Shown here: positions 43,979 to 55,624 of the stretch, piece after piece
Position numbering within the stretch: position 1 is the first letter of the stretch
How the letters are laid out: every line of letters begins with the position of its first letter
Origin: Deltaproteobacteria bacterium
Lineage (GTDB): Bacteria; Myxococcota; Kuafuiibacteriia; Kuafuiibacteriales; Kuafuiibacteriaceae
NCBI GenBank assembly: GCA_040218735.1
Contig: JAVJQW010000027.1
Span: forward strand, 27,134-91,133
Direction: 5' to 3'
DNA length: 64,000 nt
Translations under genes and position numbers: made by a program
The notes under the pieces: generated by a model
Databases searched by the model: none
Told to the model about the DNA's origin: nothing
Seen by the model: the letters and a program-made list of their open reading frames with translations, nothing else

Positions 43979-45166
43979 ATGCGTCGCGCCGTGCTCGGGA
44001 CCGCTCTCGTCCTCGCCGCCTGCTCGGGCAACGATCCGCTCATCATCGACGTCGATGCTTCGGTCGACGCCGGCATGTCGCGGGACGGCGGCCTCGAAGA
44101 AGAGGACGCCGGTGCCCCGCGTGACGCGGGCCCCCCGCGCGACGCGGGCTTCGAGGAAGAGGACGCCGGCACCGTGCGCGACGGCGGCGTCCCGCGCGAC
44201 GGCGGCGAACGCGACGGCGGCCCGATGACCTGCGAGGTCTCCGCGACGGACGGGGAGTGCGTCGACGTCCTCACGTGCGGCGCGGCGGCCTTCCGCGGCG
44301 TGTGCTCCGGCGGCCTCCGCAACACGTGTTGCATCGACGTCAAGGACGCTTGCAGCGTCGACGGTGCGCCGGGGGTGTGCATCGACACCGCCGCGTGTGC
44401 GTTCACCTCCACGCCCGGCCGCTGCCCCGGCCCGGCCAACGTGCAGTGCTGCACCGACTCGTCCCTCGCGTGTGACCCGTCCGTGCACCGCACGCCCAAC
44501 GTCGGCCTGGGCGAGGAGGACTTCGACGCGAGCTGCCCCGCCGGGATGATCCGGGTCGGTGCCTTCTGCATCGATCGCTACGAGGCCTCGCTCGTGGAGA
44601 TCGACTCGCGCGGCGCGGTGCTCGGACCCTGGTCGCCGTACCACAACCCCGGGTCCGCGCGGGTGCTCGCGCGCTCCGTCGCGTTCGCCGTGCCGCAGGG
44701 GTACATCGATCAGGTCCGCGCGGGTCAGGCGTGCGTGAACGCCGGCAAGCGCCTCTGCACCAACACCGAATGGCTGGCCGCCTGCCGCGGCGCCGCGAGC
44801 CGCACCTACCCGTACGGCAACACCCGCGTCGATGGGCGTTGCAACGACGCCCGCGCGCGGCACCCCGCGATCGAGTTCTTCGGCTCCAGCGAGCAGTGGG
44901 TCTTCAACATGATCGACAACGCCTGCATCAATCAGATCCCGCAGAGCGTCGCGCTCACCGGCGCCCACCCCGACTGCGTCACGGAAGACGGCGCGTTCGA
45001 CATGATGGGCAACCTCCACGAGTGGACGTCGGACCCGTCCGGGACGTTCCGCGGCGGTTTCTACACCGACACGTTCCGAAACGGTGAGGGCTGCCTCTAC
45101 GTCACCACCGCGCACAACGTCGGCCACTGGGACTACTCGACCGGCTTCAGGTGTTGCGCGGACTGA
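43979..45166 (+). CDS. FGE-sulfatase (SUMF1-like) domain lipoprotein with Cys-rich repeats
   Basis: CPAGMIRV, FCIDRYEAS, GKRLCTNTEW, YPYG, DMMGNLHEW, GFRCC. Confidence 0.88.
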   Translation: MRRAVLGTALVLAACSGNDPLIIDVDASVDAGMSRDGGLEEEDAGAPRDAGPPRDAGFEEEDAGTVRDGGVPRDGGERDGGPMTCEVSATDGECVDVLTCGAAAFRGVCSGGLRNTCCIDVKDACSVDGAPGVCIDTAACAFTSTPGRCPGPANVQCCTDSSLACDPSVHRTPNVGLGEEDFDASCPAGMIRVGAFCIDRYEASLVEIDSRGAVLGPWSPYHNPGSARVLARSVAFAVPQGYIDQVRAGQACVNAGKRLCTNTEWLAACRGAASRTYPYGNTRVDGRCNDARARHPAIEFFGSSEQWVFNMIDNACINQIPQSVALTGAHPDCVTEDGAFDMMGNLHEWTSDPSGTFRGGFYTDTFRNGEGCLYVTTAHNVGHWDYSTGFRCCAD

Positions 45167-45169
45167 GGC

Positions 45170-45778
45170 GTGGCGCGTTTTTCATCATCGCGGGACCGAT
45201 TCGTCGGCCTGGTCTTCGGCGGGGTCTTCGCGGCGCTGTTCGGGACCCTCGCGGTCCACATCGTCCTGCGTCTCCTCGCGGACGAGCCGCCCGGGGTCGG
45301 GGATCGCGCGCCGTCGTTCGTGCTCGACAGCCCGATCGACGGTGAGCGCGTCTCGACGGAATCCCTCGCGGGCATGGTGCTGCTCGTCGACTTCTGGCAG
45401 ACGACCTGCGTCGGCTGCGTCGGCGCGACGCCCAAGCTCAACCGGTTGTTCAGCGAGTACCGAGACCGTGGTTTCCTCGTGCTCGGCGTGAACCGCGAGC
45501 CCGGCGAGGAAGCGCGGGTGCGCGCGTTCGTGGAGGAGCGTGCGATTCGGTACCCGATCGTCGTGGACCCCGGGTTCGTCTCCGAGCTGTACGGCATCTA
45601 CGCGACGCCGACCGTCGTGCTCATCGGCGCCGACGGCGTGATCCGCGCGAAGCACCAGGGGCCCGTGACCGAGGAGAAGCTCGCGAAGGAGATCGAAGCG
45701 GCGCTCGAGGCCGCACGACCGAAGGTCGAGGTCGGTGTGAATCGCGACCGACGGTCGAGCGCACGATCGCCCACCTGA
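45170..45778 (+). CDS. TlpA/ResA-like thiol-disulfide oxidoreductase
   Basis: TM anchor; VDFWQTTCVGC; TPTVVLIGADG. Confidence 0.85.
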   Translation: MARFSSSRDRFVGLVFGGVFAALFGTLAVHIVLRLLADEPPGVGDRAPSFVLDSPIDGERVSTESLAGMVLLVDFWQTTCVGCVGATPKLNRLFSEYRDRGFLVLGVNREPGEEARVRAFVEERAIRYPIVVDPGFVSELYGIYATPTVVLIGADGVIRAKHQGPVTEEKLAKEIEAALEAARPKVEVGVNRDRRSSARSPT

Positions 45779-45891
45779 CAACGCGCCTTGTCGAGGGGTG
45801 CGCGCAACGTCGCGTGGGGTTCGTGCCTCGTGTGTTCGCGTCGATGTGACGACGTGGGCGGTGGCACCGAACGTGCTCTCTCTCGAGAGCC

Positions 45892-46971
45892 GTGCAAAAG
45901 CCCACCCCGCTCTTCGCCTTGCTCTTGTTCGCCTGCGCCGCGCCGCCTCCATCTGCGGAGCCCGTCGTCGACGCCGGCGCGCTCCTCACCTCCGCGCGCG
46001 ACGCCGGCGACGCGGGTGCCGTGGCGCCCAAACCCGACGCGGGCGTCCTCCGCGACGGTGGTTTTCGCGACGCGGGTTTCGTCGACGCGGGCGTGGAACC
46101 GGAGCCCGAACCGGAGCCGGAGCCCGACGCGTGCATCCCGAACGTCGCCCCCGGTCGGTTCACGATCGAATGTGAAGGCCTGACCTACGAGCTGAGCGTC
46201 CCCCGGCAGTGCGCTTCACCCGGGTGCGCCGTCGTCTTCGACGTACACGGCTTCACGATGAGCGGCGTGATGCAGGAGAACAACACCAGCCTCGCGGCGC
46301 TTACGCAGGACTCGGACTTCATCGTCGTGCAGCCCAGCGCGACGCCGGCGCCGCCCGCTTCGAACTGGTCGGCGCGCCAGGACGACGCGCGGGTGTTCGA
46401 CTTCATGATGCGCGTCGCCGACGTGTTCCGCGCCGACCGACGGCGGCTCCACATCACGGGTTTCTCGGACGGCGGTTGGCTCACCTGGCGCTTCGTGTGT
46501 GAGCACGCGGATGTCCTCGCGAGCGCGGCGCCCGCGGCGGCGTCGGGGTACTGCTCGCCGGAGCGCGCGTGTGACTTCGTGGGGGCCGAGGTTCCGGCGC
46601 GCGAGATTCCGCTGCTCCTGATGCTCGGGACGCAGGACGCCTACGTCGAGTACACGTGCGCGCAGGAGCAGGTCGACGCGGTCGTCGCGGCCTGGTCGAT
46701 GACCAACGAAGGCACGGTCGAGCGCGGCGACGGGTATCACCTCGACCGCTACGTCAGCCCGGGCGGGACCCCCTTCGAGGTGTTGGTCCACGACTACGCG
46801 TCCGACGCATCGGTGCCGCTGATCCCGGACCTCGTCGGGCACTGCTACCCGGGGAGTGAAGACGCGGGCGAGGAACCGGGGCAGATCTTTCCGTTCGGCT
46901 GCGCACCGCCCAACGCGTTCCACTGGGGAGAACGTGTGTTGGAGTTCTTCGGACGGAGCGCTCCCCAGTAG
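45892..46971 (+). CDS. alpha/beta-hydrolase lipoprotein (PHB depolymerase/LpqC-like esterase)
   Basis: FDVHGF, TGFSDGG nucleophile elbow, GTQD; LFAC lipobox. Confidence 0.82.
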   Translation: MQKPTPLFALLLFACAAPPPSAEPVVDAGALLTSARDAGDAGAVAPKPDAGVLRDGGFRDAGFVDAGVEPEPEPEPEPDACIPNVAPGRFTIECEGLTYELSVPRQCASPGCAVVFDVHGFTMSGVMQENNTSLAALTQDSDFIVVQPSATPAPPASNWSARQDDARVFDFMMRVADVFRADRRRLHITGFSDGGWLTWRFVCEHADVLASAAPAAASGYCSPERACDFVGAEVPAREIPLLLMLGTQDAYVEYTCAQEQVDAVVAAWSMTNEGTVERGDGYHLDRYVSPGGTPFEVLVHDYASDASVPLIPDLVGHCYPGSEDAGEEPGQIFPFGCAPPNAFHWGERVLEFFGRSAPQ

Positions 46972-47028
46972 GAGCGCGCGACCTGCCCGGGTTGTCCGGG
47001 GCGTATCGACGTCGGATGGTCCGACGTG

Positions 47029-49320
<2,292 letters not shown>

Positions 49321-49323
49321 GCG

Positions 49324-49776
49324 ATGAAACTCGAGATCAACGGAAAGTCGCACGAGGTCGACGCGAGCGAGAACACGCCGCTCCTCTGGGTGCTTCGTGA
49401 TCACCTCGGCCTCACCGGCACGAAGTTCGGGTGCGGCGTCGCGCAGTGCGGCGCGTGCACGGTGCACGTGGACGGCGTCCCGCGCCGCGCGTGTGTCACG
49501 CCGGCGGGTTCGGTGGAGGGGCGCTCGGTCGTCACGATCGAAGGTCTGTCGGGCCCGAAGGCCGAGGCGGTGCGGAAGGCGTGGGAGGCGATCGACGTCC
49601 CGCAGTGTGGTTACTGTCAGTCGGGGCAGATCATGTCGGCGGTCGCGCTCCTCCAAGAGGTCGCGCGCCCCGACGACACGCAGATCGATCAGGCGATGGC
49701 CGGAAACCTGTGCCGCTGCGCGACCTACGTGCGCATCCGACGCGCGATTCACTCGGCCGCGGGGGAAGAAGGATGA
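49324..49776 (+). CDS. 2Fe-2S subunit (IorA-like)
   Basis: [29 protein letters not shown]. Confidence 0.95.
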   Translation: MKLEINGKSHEVDASENTPLLWVLRDHLGLTGTKFGCGVAQCGACTVHVDGVPRRACVTPAGSVEGRSVVTIEGLSGPKAEAVRKAWEAIDVPQCGYCQSGQIMSAVALLQEVARPDDTQIDQAMAGNLCRCATYVRIRRAIHSAAGEEG

Positions 49777-50366
49777 AGCGGCTCGTCCCGCTCCTCCTCC
49801 TCGCGGCGTGTTCGAAGACGCCGCCCGAGGTCACGACGGTCGCGGCGGTGCCGTCCTCGGGGCTGCGCTCGGCGGAGGCGCTCTCGCAGATCGAGGACGA
49901 CGAAACCCGCGCGCACGCCGCCTTCGCGGAGGTCATCAAGGTGCTGACGCACCCGCGCTGTGTGAACTGCCATCCCGCGACCGACCGGCCGATGCAGGGC
50001 GTCGGTCTGCCGCACCATCCGCTGGTGGTGCGCGGCGCGGACGGCCACGGTGCGCCCGGGCTGAAGTGCGAGAGCTGCCACGGTGTGTCGAGCTTCGAGA
50101 ACGTCCCCGGTGCACCGAACTGGCACCTCGCCCCGGCGTCGATGGCGTGGGCGGGCAAGTCATCCGCCGAGATCTGCGCGCAGCTCCTCGACGAGGATCG
50201 TAACGGCGGGCTCGACCGCGCGGGGCTCCTGAAACACGTCGCGGAGGACAGTTTGGTCGCCTACGGGTGGAATCCGCCTGCGCACCTGGAGCCGGCGCCG
50301 GGGGACCAGGCGGCGTTCGCGGCGGTGTTCGGCGTTTGGCTCGACGCGGGGGCCCACTGTCCGTGA
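49773..50366 (+). CDS. diheme cytochrome c lipoprotein associated with IorAB
   Basis: LLAAC lipobox; HPRCVNCH and CESCH. Confidence 0.88.
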   Translation: MKRLVPLLLLAACSKTPPEVTTVAAVPSSGLRSAEALSQIEDDETRAHAAFAEVIKVLTHPRCVNCHPATDRPMQGVGLPHHPLVVRGADGHGAPGLKCESCHGVSSFENVPGAPNWHLAPASMAWAGKSSAEICAQLLDEDRNGGLDRAGLLKHVAEDSLVAYGWNPPAHLEPAPGDQAAFAAVFGVWLDAGAHCP

Positions 50367-51517
50367 GCCGCGCGAGCGGTATCCTGCCCGTCGTGCCCGA
50401 CCATCACGTCTACCTCGTCCCCGGCTTCTTCGGGTTCGCGAACCTCGGCGACCTCCCGTACTTCGCCCACGTCAGCGAGTACCTGGAGGAGGCGTTCGCG
50501 GAGCGCGGCGTGCCGGTCGCGCTTCACCACGTGCACACTCACCCCACGGCGTCGCTGCGTTACCGCGCGAGTCGTTTGCTCGACACGATCGTCACCACGG
50601 CGGTCGGGGACGGCCCGATTCACCTCGTCGGTCACTCCAGCGGCGGCCTCGACGCACGGCTGCTCGTCACGAGCGGCGTCTCGCTCACGTCGGACCACGA
50701 CGTCGAGGCGTTGATGGCGCGTGTCCAGTCGGTGGTCACCGTCGCGACGCCGCATCACGGGACGCCGGTCGCTTCGTTCTTCACCGGACTCCTCGGGCAG
50801 CGTCTGCTCCAGCTGCTGTCGTTGTTCACGACGTACGTCATCGTGTTCGGTCGTGTGCCGGTGGGGTTGTTGTCGCGGATGGGCCGGCTGTTCTTGCGGG
50901 TGGACCAGCTCATCGGTCGGGACCGCAGCGTCGCCGATCAGCTCGTGGAGCAGCTCCTCGGCGACTTCACGCCCGAGCGTCGCGACGCGTTGCGTGCGTT
51001 CCTCGACGAAGTCGGCAAGGACCAGGCGTTGATGGCGCAGCTGATGCCGGACGCGATGGACACGTTCAACGCAGCGACCGCCGACCGCGAAGGGGTTCGT
51101 TACGCGTCCGTCGTGGCGCGCGCACCGAAGCCGAGCCTGAAGTCACGCCTGCAGATGGGCGTCGACCCGTACATGCAGGTCACCCGCGGTGTGTACGGCG
51201 CGTTGCATCGGCTCTCCACGCGGATGCCCGCGATCCGGATCGGGGAGCTCAGCGCGCCCCACCGAGAAGCGCTCGCGCGCCGTTACCTCGACGTCCCCGA
51301 CTGGCACGCGAGCGACGGCATCGTGCCCACGTTGTCGCAGCCGTGGGGCACGGTCCTCGACGCCGTGACGGCGGATCACCACGACGTAATCGGCCACTTC
51401 CACGGACCGAAACACGTGCCGCCCCACTTCGACTGGCTCGCGAGCGGCTCGGGGTTCGGACGCGAGGAGTTCGAGCGCATGTGGTCGAAGATCGTCGATC
51501 ACCTGTTGGCGGCCTGA
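50363..51517 (+). CDS. triacylglycerol lipase family alpha/beta hydrolase
   Basis: LVPGFFGF, VGHSSGGLDAR, TPHHGT, SDGIVP, DHHDVIGH. Confidence 0.88.
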   Translation: MSRASGILPVVPDHHVYLVPGFFGFANLGDLPYFAHVSEYLEEAFAERGVPVALHHVHTHPTASLRYRASRLLDTIVTTAVGDGPIHLVGHSSGGLDARLLVTSGVSLTSDHDVEALMARVQSVVTVATPHHGTPVASFFTGLLGQRLLQLLSLFTTYVIVFGRVPVGLLSRMGRLFLRVDQLIGRDRSVADQLVEQLLGDFTPERRDALRAFLDEVGKDQALMAQLMPDAMDTFNAATADREGVRYASVVARAPKPSLKSRLQMGVDPYMQVTRGVYGALHRLSTRMPAIRIGELSAPHREALARRYLDVPDWHASDGIVPTLSQPWGTVLDAVTADHHDVIGHFHGPKHVPPHFDWLASGSGFGREEFERMWSKIVDHLLAA

Positions 51518-51594
51518 GCCGCGTCAGGCTCTTCGTAGGTCATCCGGGCGCGGTGAAGAGCTCTGCCATAGACCCCGGCGTCTGCGCGGTCGCT

Positions 51595-52356
51595 TCAGAA
51601 GTTCCTCAGGCGACTCTCGAGCGAGCGCGAGGGGTCGTAGGACGCCTGAATCGGGACGACGACGTCCTCCAGGTGCTGCGCCTTCTTCGCAACGAACCCG
51701 ATGCCCATCTTGTTGAAATCGGATGCGTAGACGCTCTGGTTCACGTGGAACTCCTCGTGTGTGTACGGCATGCGCTCCACCAGGATGTTCTGGTTCGTCG
51801 CCCACTGAGCGCTGCTCCGGATGAGGAACGACTCCATCTCCGTGAACCCGTTGGCCTGGTAGAAGTCATAGAAGAAGTTGAGCGAGAAGTTGTAGAAGCC
51901 GTGGTTGAACGCGTCGAGCGGCGCGAGGTGACAGACGATGCCGCCTTCCGCCACCGCGCTCGAGATGTTGTGCATCACCGTCTTCATGTCGAAGATGTGC
52001 TCGATGGTGCCGACCTCCACCACGAAGTCGTAGCGGTTTCGCATCTCGTCGGGGATGGGGGTGTTGAGGTCGTGAACGATCGTGCAGCCCTCGGTCTCGT
52101 GCAGATCGATGTCGTCGTAGTGTTTGAACCCGACCAGCTTGTAAAAGTCCCGCGACGTGTAGCGTGAGCTCGCCGCGCGGATCCGCTTCGCGTGTTTCTT
52201 CTTGTAGTCGACGCCGTGGGCGTCGAGGTTCTTCACCACGTCGTCGATGTCCCAGTTCATCGACATGCGCGCGATGCTCAGCATCCGCTCACGCGAGGGG
52301 ACACGAGGGAGGACGTGTTCGACGATGAACAGACCGCAGCCGGCGATGAGCGCCAT
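51595..52356 (-). CDS. class I SAM-methyltransferase-like protein
   Basis: DID...VHDLNTPIP...YDFVVEVGTIEHIFD...GG...NHGFYNFS. Confidence 0.7.
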   Translation of the reverse strand: MALIAGCGLFIVEHVLPRVPSRERMLSIARMSMNWDIDDVVKNLDAHGVDYKKKHAKRIRAASSRYTSRDFYKLVGFKHYDDIDLHETEGCTIVHDLNTPIPDEMRNRYDFVVEVGTIEHIFDMKTVMHNISSAVAEGGIVCHLAPLDAFNHGFYNFSLNFFYDFYQANGFTEMESFLIRSSAQWATNQNILVERMPYTHEEFHVNQSVYASDFNKMGIGFVAKKAQHLEDVVVPIQASYDPSRSLESRLRNF

Positions 52357-52363
52357 GCTGGGT

Positions 52364-52391
52364 GTATCGGTTCGAGGCGCGAGAAGCTTGA
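52364..52391 (-). promoter_or_regulatory. possible sigma28-like promoter
   Basis: TCAAG-N15-ACCGATAC on the minus strand, 7 nt before the ATG. Confidence 0.4.
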
Positions 52392-52406
52392 GCGCGAAGA
52401 TCGACG

Positions 52407-54950
52407 TCAGCGGTCGCGGCGGAAGAGCCCGGTGATCCAGCGCCAGACCTTCTTCGGCCGATCGAGCTTCTTCTGACGGCGACGCTCCAGCTCTTCGTGC
52501 GTGGGTTGCGCCGGCAGCCCGAGACGAACGCGGAGCTCCTCGGCCGTGCCCTTGGTGACCATCCGCGCCGCGACGGTGTTCCCGGACGTGGGCTCCCGCG
52601 CCTTCACGTCGAGCACACACTCCGCGTCGACGGAGAGCGTCACTTCGATGACGACCGTCCCGCGCGGCCCCTTCGGGAGCTCGTCGAGCGTGAGGATCCC
52701 CAGCGGCTCGTTGTCCTCGACACGCTCCGACTCCCCCTGGAAGAGCGCGATCTCGTAGTCGCGCTGGTCGTCGCGCGTCGTCCGCACTTGGTAAGTGCGG
52801 CTCGACGGCAGGCGCGTGTCGCGTGACAGCAGCGGCTTGAACCGCCCGCCGGGCAGGCCGACGCCGATCGACAGCGGCAGCGCGTCGATCAACACGATCG
52901 CGTCGATCGCGTCGAGGCTCGCGGCGTAGCGCGCCGCGCCGAGCGCGACCGCCTCCTCCGGATCCACGCGGTCGAGCGGCGGGCGCCCGAAGAGCATCTC
53001 GACACTCCGGCGAACGATCGGCGCGCGTGACTGCCCGCCGACGAGGACGACGTCGTCGATCTCGGAGAGCTTCAACCCGGCACGCTGCACGGTCTCCTCC
53101 ACGATCTGTAGCGTCTGCGCGACCAGCGGCTCGAACGCACGCTCGACGGTCACGCGCCGCAGTCCGACGCTCAGCGCGCGCGCCGCGTACGGCTGCACGA
53201 CGAGGTGATCGATCTGGACGATCGTCGAGGGGCGCTCCGAGAGATCGCGCTTCGCGCGTTCCGCGAACTCGAACAGCTTCGCGATCGCGGCCGGGTCTTC
53301 GCGGGCGTCGATGTGGTCCTGCTCGAGGAGCGCTTCACTCAGCATCTCGACGACACACGCGTCGAAGTCGAGGCCGCCGAGGAAGCTGTCGCCGCCCGTC
53401 GCGAGGACCTCGAACACGTCGCCGGCGACCTCGAGCACGGACACGTCGAACGTGCCGCCGCCGAGGTCGTAGACGACGACGCGTCGCTGGTCGATGTGGT
53501 GGCTCGCCGCGTAGTTCAACGCGGCGGCCGTCGGCTCGTTCAGCACGCGCTCCACGTAGAAGCCCGCGAGCTCGCCCGCGCGACGAACGGCCTCGCGCTG
53601 AGGTTCCGTGAAGTGCGCCGGGCACGTGATGACGGCGCGGTTGACGGTCGCCTCGAGCTGCAGCCCGACGGCCTCGCGGATCTCCTCGAGGATCGACGCC
53701 GCGACGTCCTCCAGCGCGATGATCTCGTCCCCCACGCGAATCGCCGCTTCGCCGTCACGGCCGGAGACCACGTCGTAGGCGAAGTGGTGCTGGACGTCCT
53801 GCACGACGGGCGACGTGAACGCGCGCCCCATCAGCCGCTTGGATCCGAGGATCGTCGACTCGGGGTGCCGCGACGCATTCCGCGCGGCGGTGCCGCCGAC
53901 GACCGTGCGCCCGTCCTCCGCGTAACGCACGACGGACGCGATCGAAGGACCGCCCTGACGCGAAGCGAGCATGCGCGCCTTGCCGTCTTCGACGATCGCC
54001 GCGCACGAGTAGGTCGTACCGAGGTCGATGCCGATCACGCCCTTCGACTTGGGTCCTCGCTCCGGCGCGACGCGCTCGCGATAACGGCGCGTGGTGTCCG
54101 GCTCGCTCTGCTCGCGTGTGTACGGCGGTAGCGGCGGCGGAAGCTCCAGGTCGTCGGTGGTGACGGTCGGCGCCGGTCGGTGCTGCGGCAGCGGCGGCGG
54201 CGCGGGGAGCGGCTCCGCGGTGAACGTACGGTCGAACGCGGTGAAGGGATCGACGTCGTCGATCGGCGGCGGCGCGTCGTACGCGTCGACGCCGCGCGAC
54301 GTGGCGGCCGGCTCGACCCAGAGCGCCGCGATCACCTCCGCGGTCTCGGTGGCCGTCGCGGGGATGACTTCGGCGGGCGTGGTCGCGAGGTCGTTCTCGA
54401 TGGGGACGCCGGCCGGCTCGGTCGTCGGCTCCGCGACCGCGTCGTCGCGAGGCTCCGCGTCGGCCGCGGCCTTCGCGGCGGTGTCTTCGATCTCGAAGTC
54501 GTCGTCAGCTTCGGCGCCGATGTCTTCGATCGCGACGTCCTCGGCGGCGGTCGCGACGTCTTCGACGTCGACCTCGTCGGGCTCCACGATCTCCTCGACG
54601 TCGGCGTCGTCGACCATCGGCGTCGCTTCGACTTCGGCGGCGTGGACCTGTTCTGCGAGCTCGACCTCGGGATCCGAATCGTCGGCGTACGACTGATAAC
54701 GATGCGCGGGCGGCTCTTCCGGGAGCGGCTCCGCGACGAGTGTCTCGACGAGCTTCTGCGCGACCTCGACGATCGGCGAGGCGGCCTCCGGTATGGGTGT
54801 GTCCGTCGCCTCCGGTTCGACGTCCGGAGTCGACGCAATCGGCGCGGGCGTCGCCTCGGACGCAGGGGCTGCGGCTTCCGGCTCTTCGCCGAACAGCACG
54901 CCGCCCCAGTCCATTTGTAGGAGGGGGGTCTCGGCGGATGAACTGGACAC
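52407..54950 (-). CDS. Hsp70 family protein with a long acidic/Pro-rich N-terminal extension
   Basis: [53 protein letters not shown]; no C-terminal lid. Confidence 0.92.
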   Translation of the reverse strand: MSSSSAETPLLQMDWGGVLFGEEPEAAAPASEATPAPIASTPDVEPEATDTPIPEAASPIVEVAQKLVETLVAEPLPEEPPAHRYQSYADDSDPEVELAEQVHAAEVEATPMVDDADVEEIVEPDEVDVEDVATAAEDVAIEDIGAEADDDFEIEDTAAKAAADAEPRDDAVAEPTTEPAGVPIENDLATTPAEVIPATATETAEVIAALWVEPAATSRGVDAYDAPPPIDDVDPFTAFDRTFTAEPLPAPPPLPQHRPAPTVTTDDLELPPPLPPYTREQSEPDTTRRYRERVAPERGPKSKGVIGIDLGTTYSCAAIVEDGKARMLASRQGGPSIASVVRYAEDGRTVVGGTAARNASRHPESTILGSKRLMGRAFTSPVVQDVQHHFAYDVVSGRDGEAAIRVGDEIIALEDVAASILEEIREAVGLQLEATVNRAVITCPAHFTEPQREAVRRAGELAGFYVERVLNEPTAAALNYAASHHIDQRRVVVYDLGGGTFDVSVLEVAGDVFEVLATGGDSFLGGLDFDACVVEMLSEALLEQDHIDAREDPAAIAKLFEFAERAKRDLSERPSTIVQIDHLVVQPYAARALSVGLRRVTVERAFEPLVAQTLQIVEETVQRAGLKLSEIDDVVLVGGQSRAPIVRRSVEMLFGRPPLDRVDPEEAVALGAARYAASLDAIDAIVLIDALPLSIGVGLPGGRFKPLLSRDTRLPSSRTYQVRTTRDDQRDYEIALFQGESERVEDNEPLGILTLDELPKGPRGTVVIEVTLSVDAECVLDVKAREPTSGNTVAARMVTKGTAEELRVRLGLPAQPTHEELERRRQKKLDRPKKVWRWITGLFRRDR

Positions 54951-55077
54951 GTTGTGGAGTGACTCCGAGCACTATCTTGACAACCGAACCTGCGCGCCTG
55001 CTAGGCGCCCGGCGCACACAGACACGCGGTGCACCGCACCCTCGACACGTGACGTGTCGCTTCGTTATCCGAGACAC

Positions 55078-55512
55078 GTGACACTCCTGGTCGTGCTCGA
55101 CGAACGAATCGAGCGTCGCGTCGAAGCCGTCCGATCCGATCGCGACTGGCCATGCCGCAAAGGTTGCGATCTCTGTTGTCGCTCCCTTGCAAACCCGCCC
55201 CGATTGAGTGAATCGGAGTGGCTTCGCATCGACGCGGTGCTCGATGACGCGCGCCGCGCTCGGGCCCGGGCGCACGACGACCCGAGGGTGTGCCCGTTCT
55301 TGGAGGAGGGCGCCTGCTCGATCTACGCGGAGCGCCCTCTCGCGTGCAGGACCTACGGCTACTACGTCGAGGACGGGCGTGGGCTGTGGTGCGACGACAT
55401 CGAGCAGGCCGTCGAAGCTGGCCTCGCCGAGGGCGTCGTCTTCGGCAACGCCGCGGGGCTCGGGGACGATCTCGGCCCGGTCCGACCGCTCGACGCGTGG
55501 CTCGCGGACTGA
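55078..55512 (+). CDS. YkgJ family CxxxCxxCC cysteine-cluster protein
   Basis: CRKGCDLCC; CPFL...CSIYAERPLACR. Confidence 0.88.
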   Translation: MTLLVVLDERIERRVEAVRSDRDWPCRKGCDLCCRSLANPPRLSESEWLRIDAVLDDARRARARAHDDPRVCPFLEEGACSIYAERPLACRTYGYYVEDGRGLWCDDIEQAVEAGLAEGVVFGNAAGLGDDLGPVRPLDAWLAD

Positions 55513-55583
55513 CGTTTCACCGAATCGAAACCGTTCGCGACGCCGGTCTGGGCGCACCGCGTCGAAACCGAAGTCTCTCGATC

Positions 55584-55599
55584 TGGCATCACCGTTGCG
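55584..55599 (+). promoter_or_regulatory. sigma54 promoter of the SulP gene
   Basis: TGGCATCACCGTTGCG, near consensus; GTTTCA-N7-GAAAC inverted repeat at 55514-55531. Confidence 0.8.
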
Positions 55600-55624
55600 T
55601 TCGAGGCCCGCCGAGCGCGAGACG

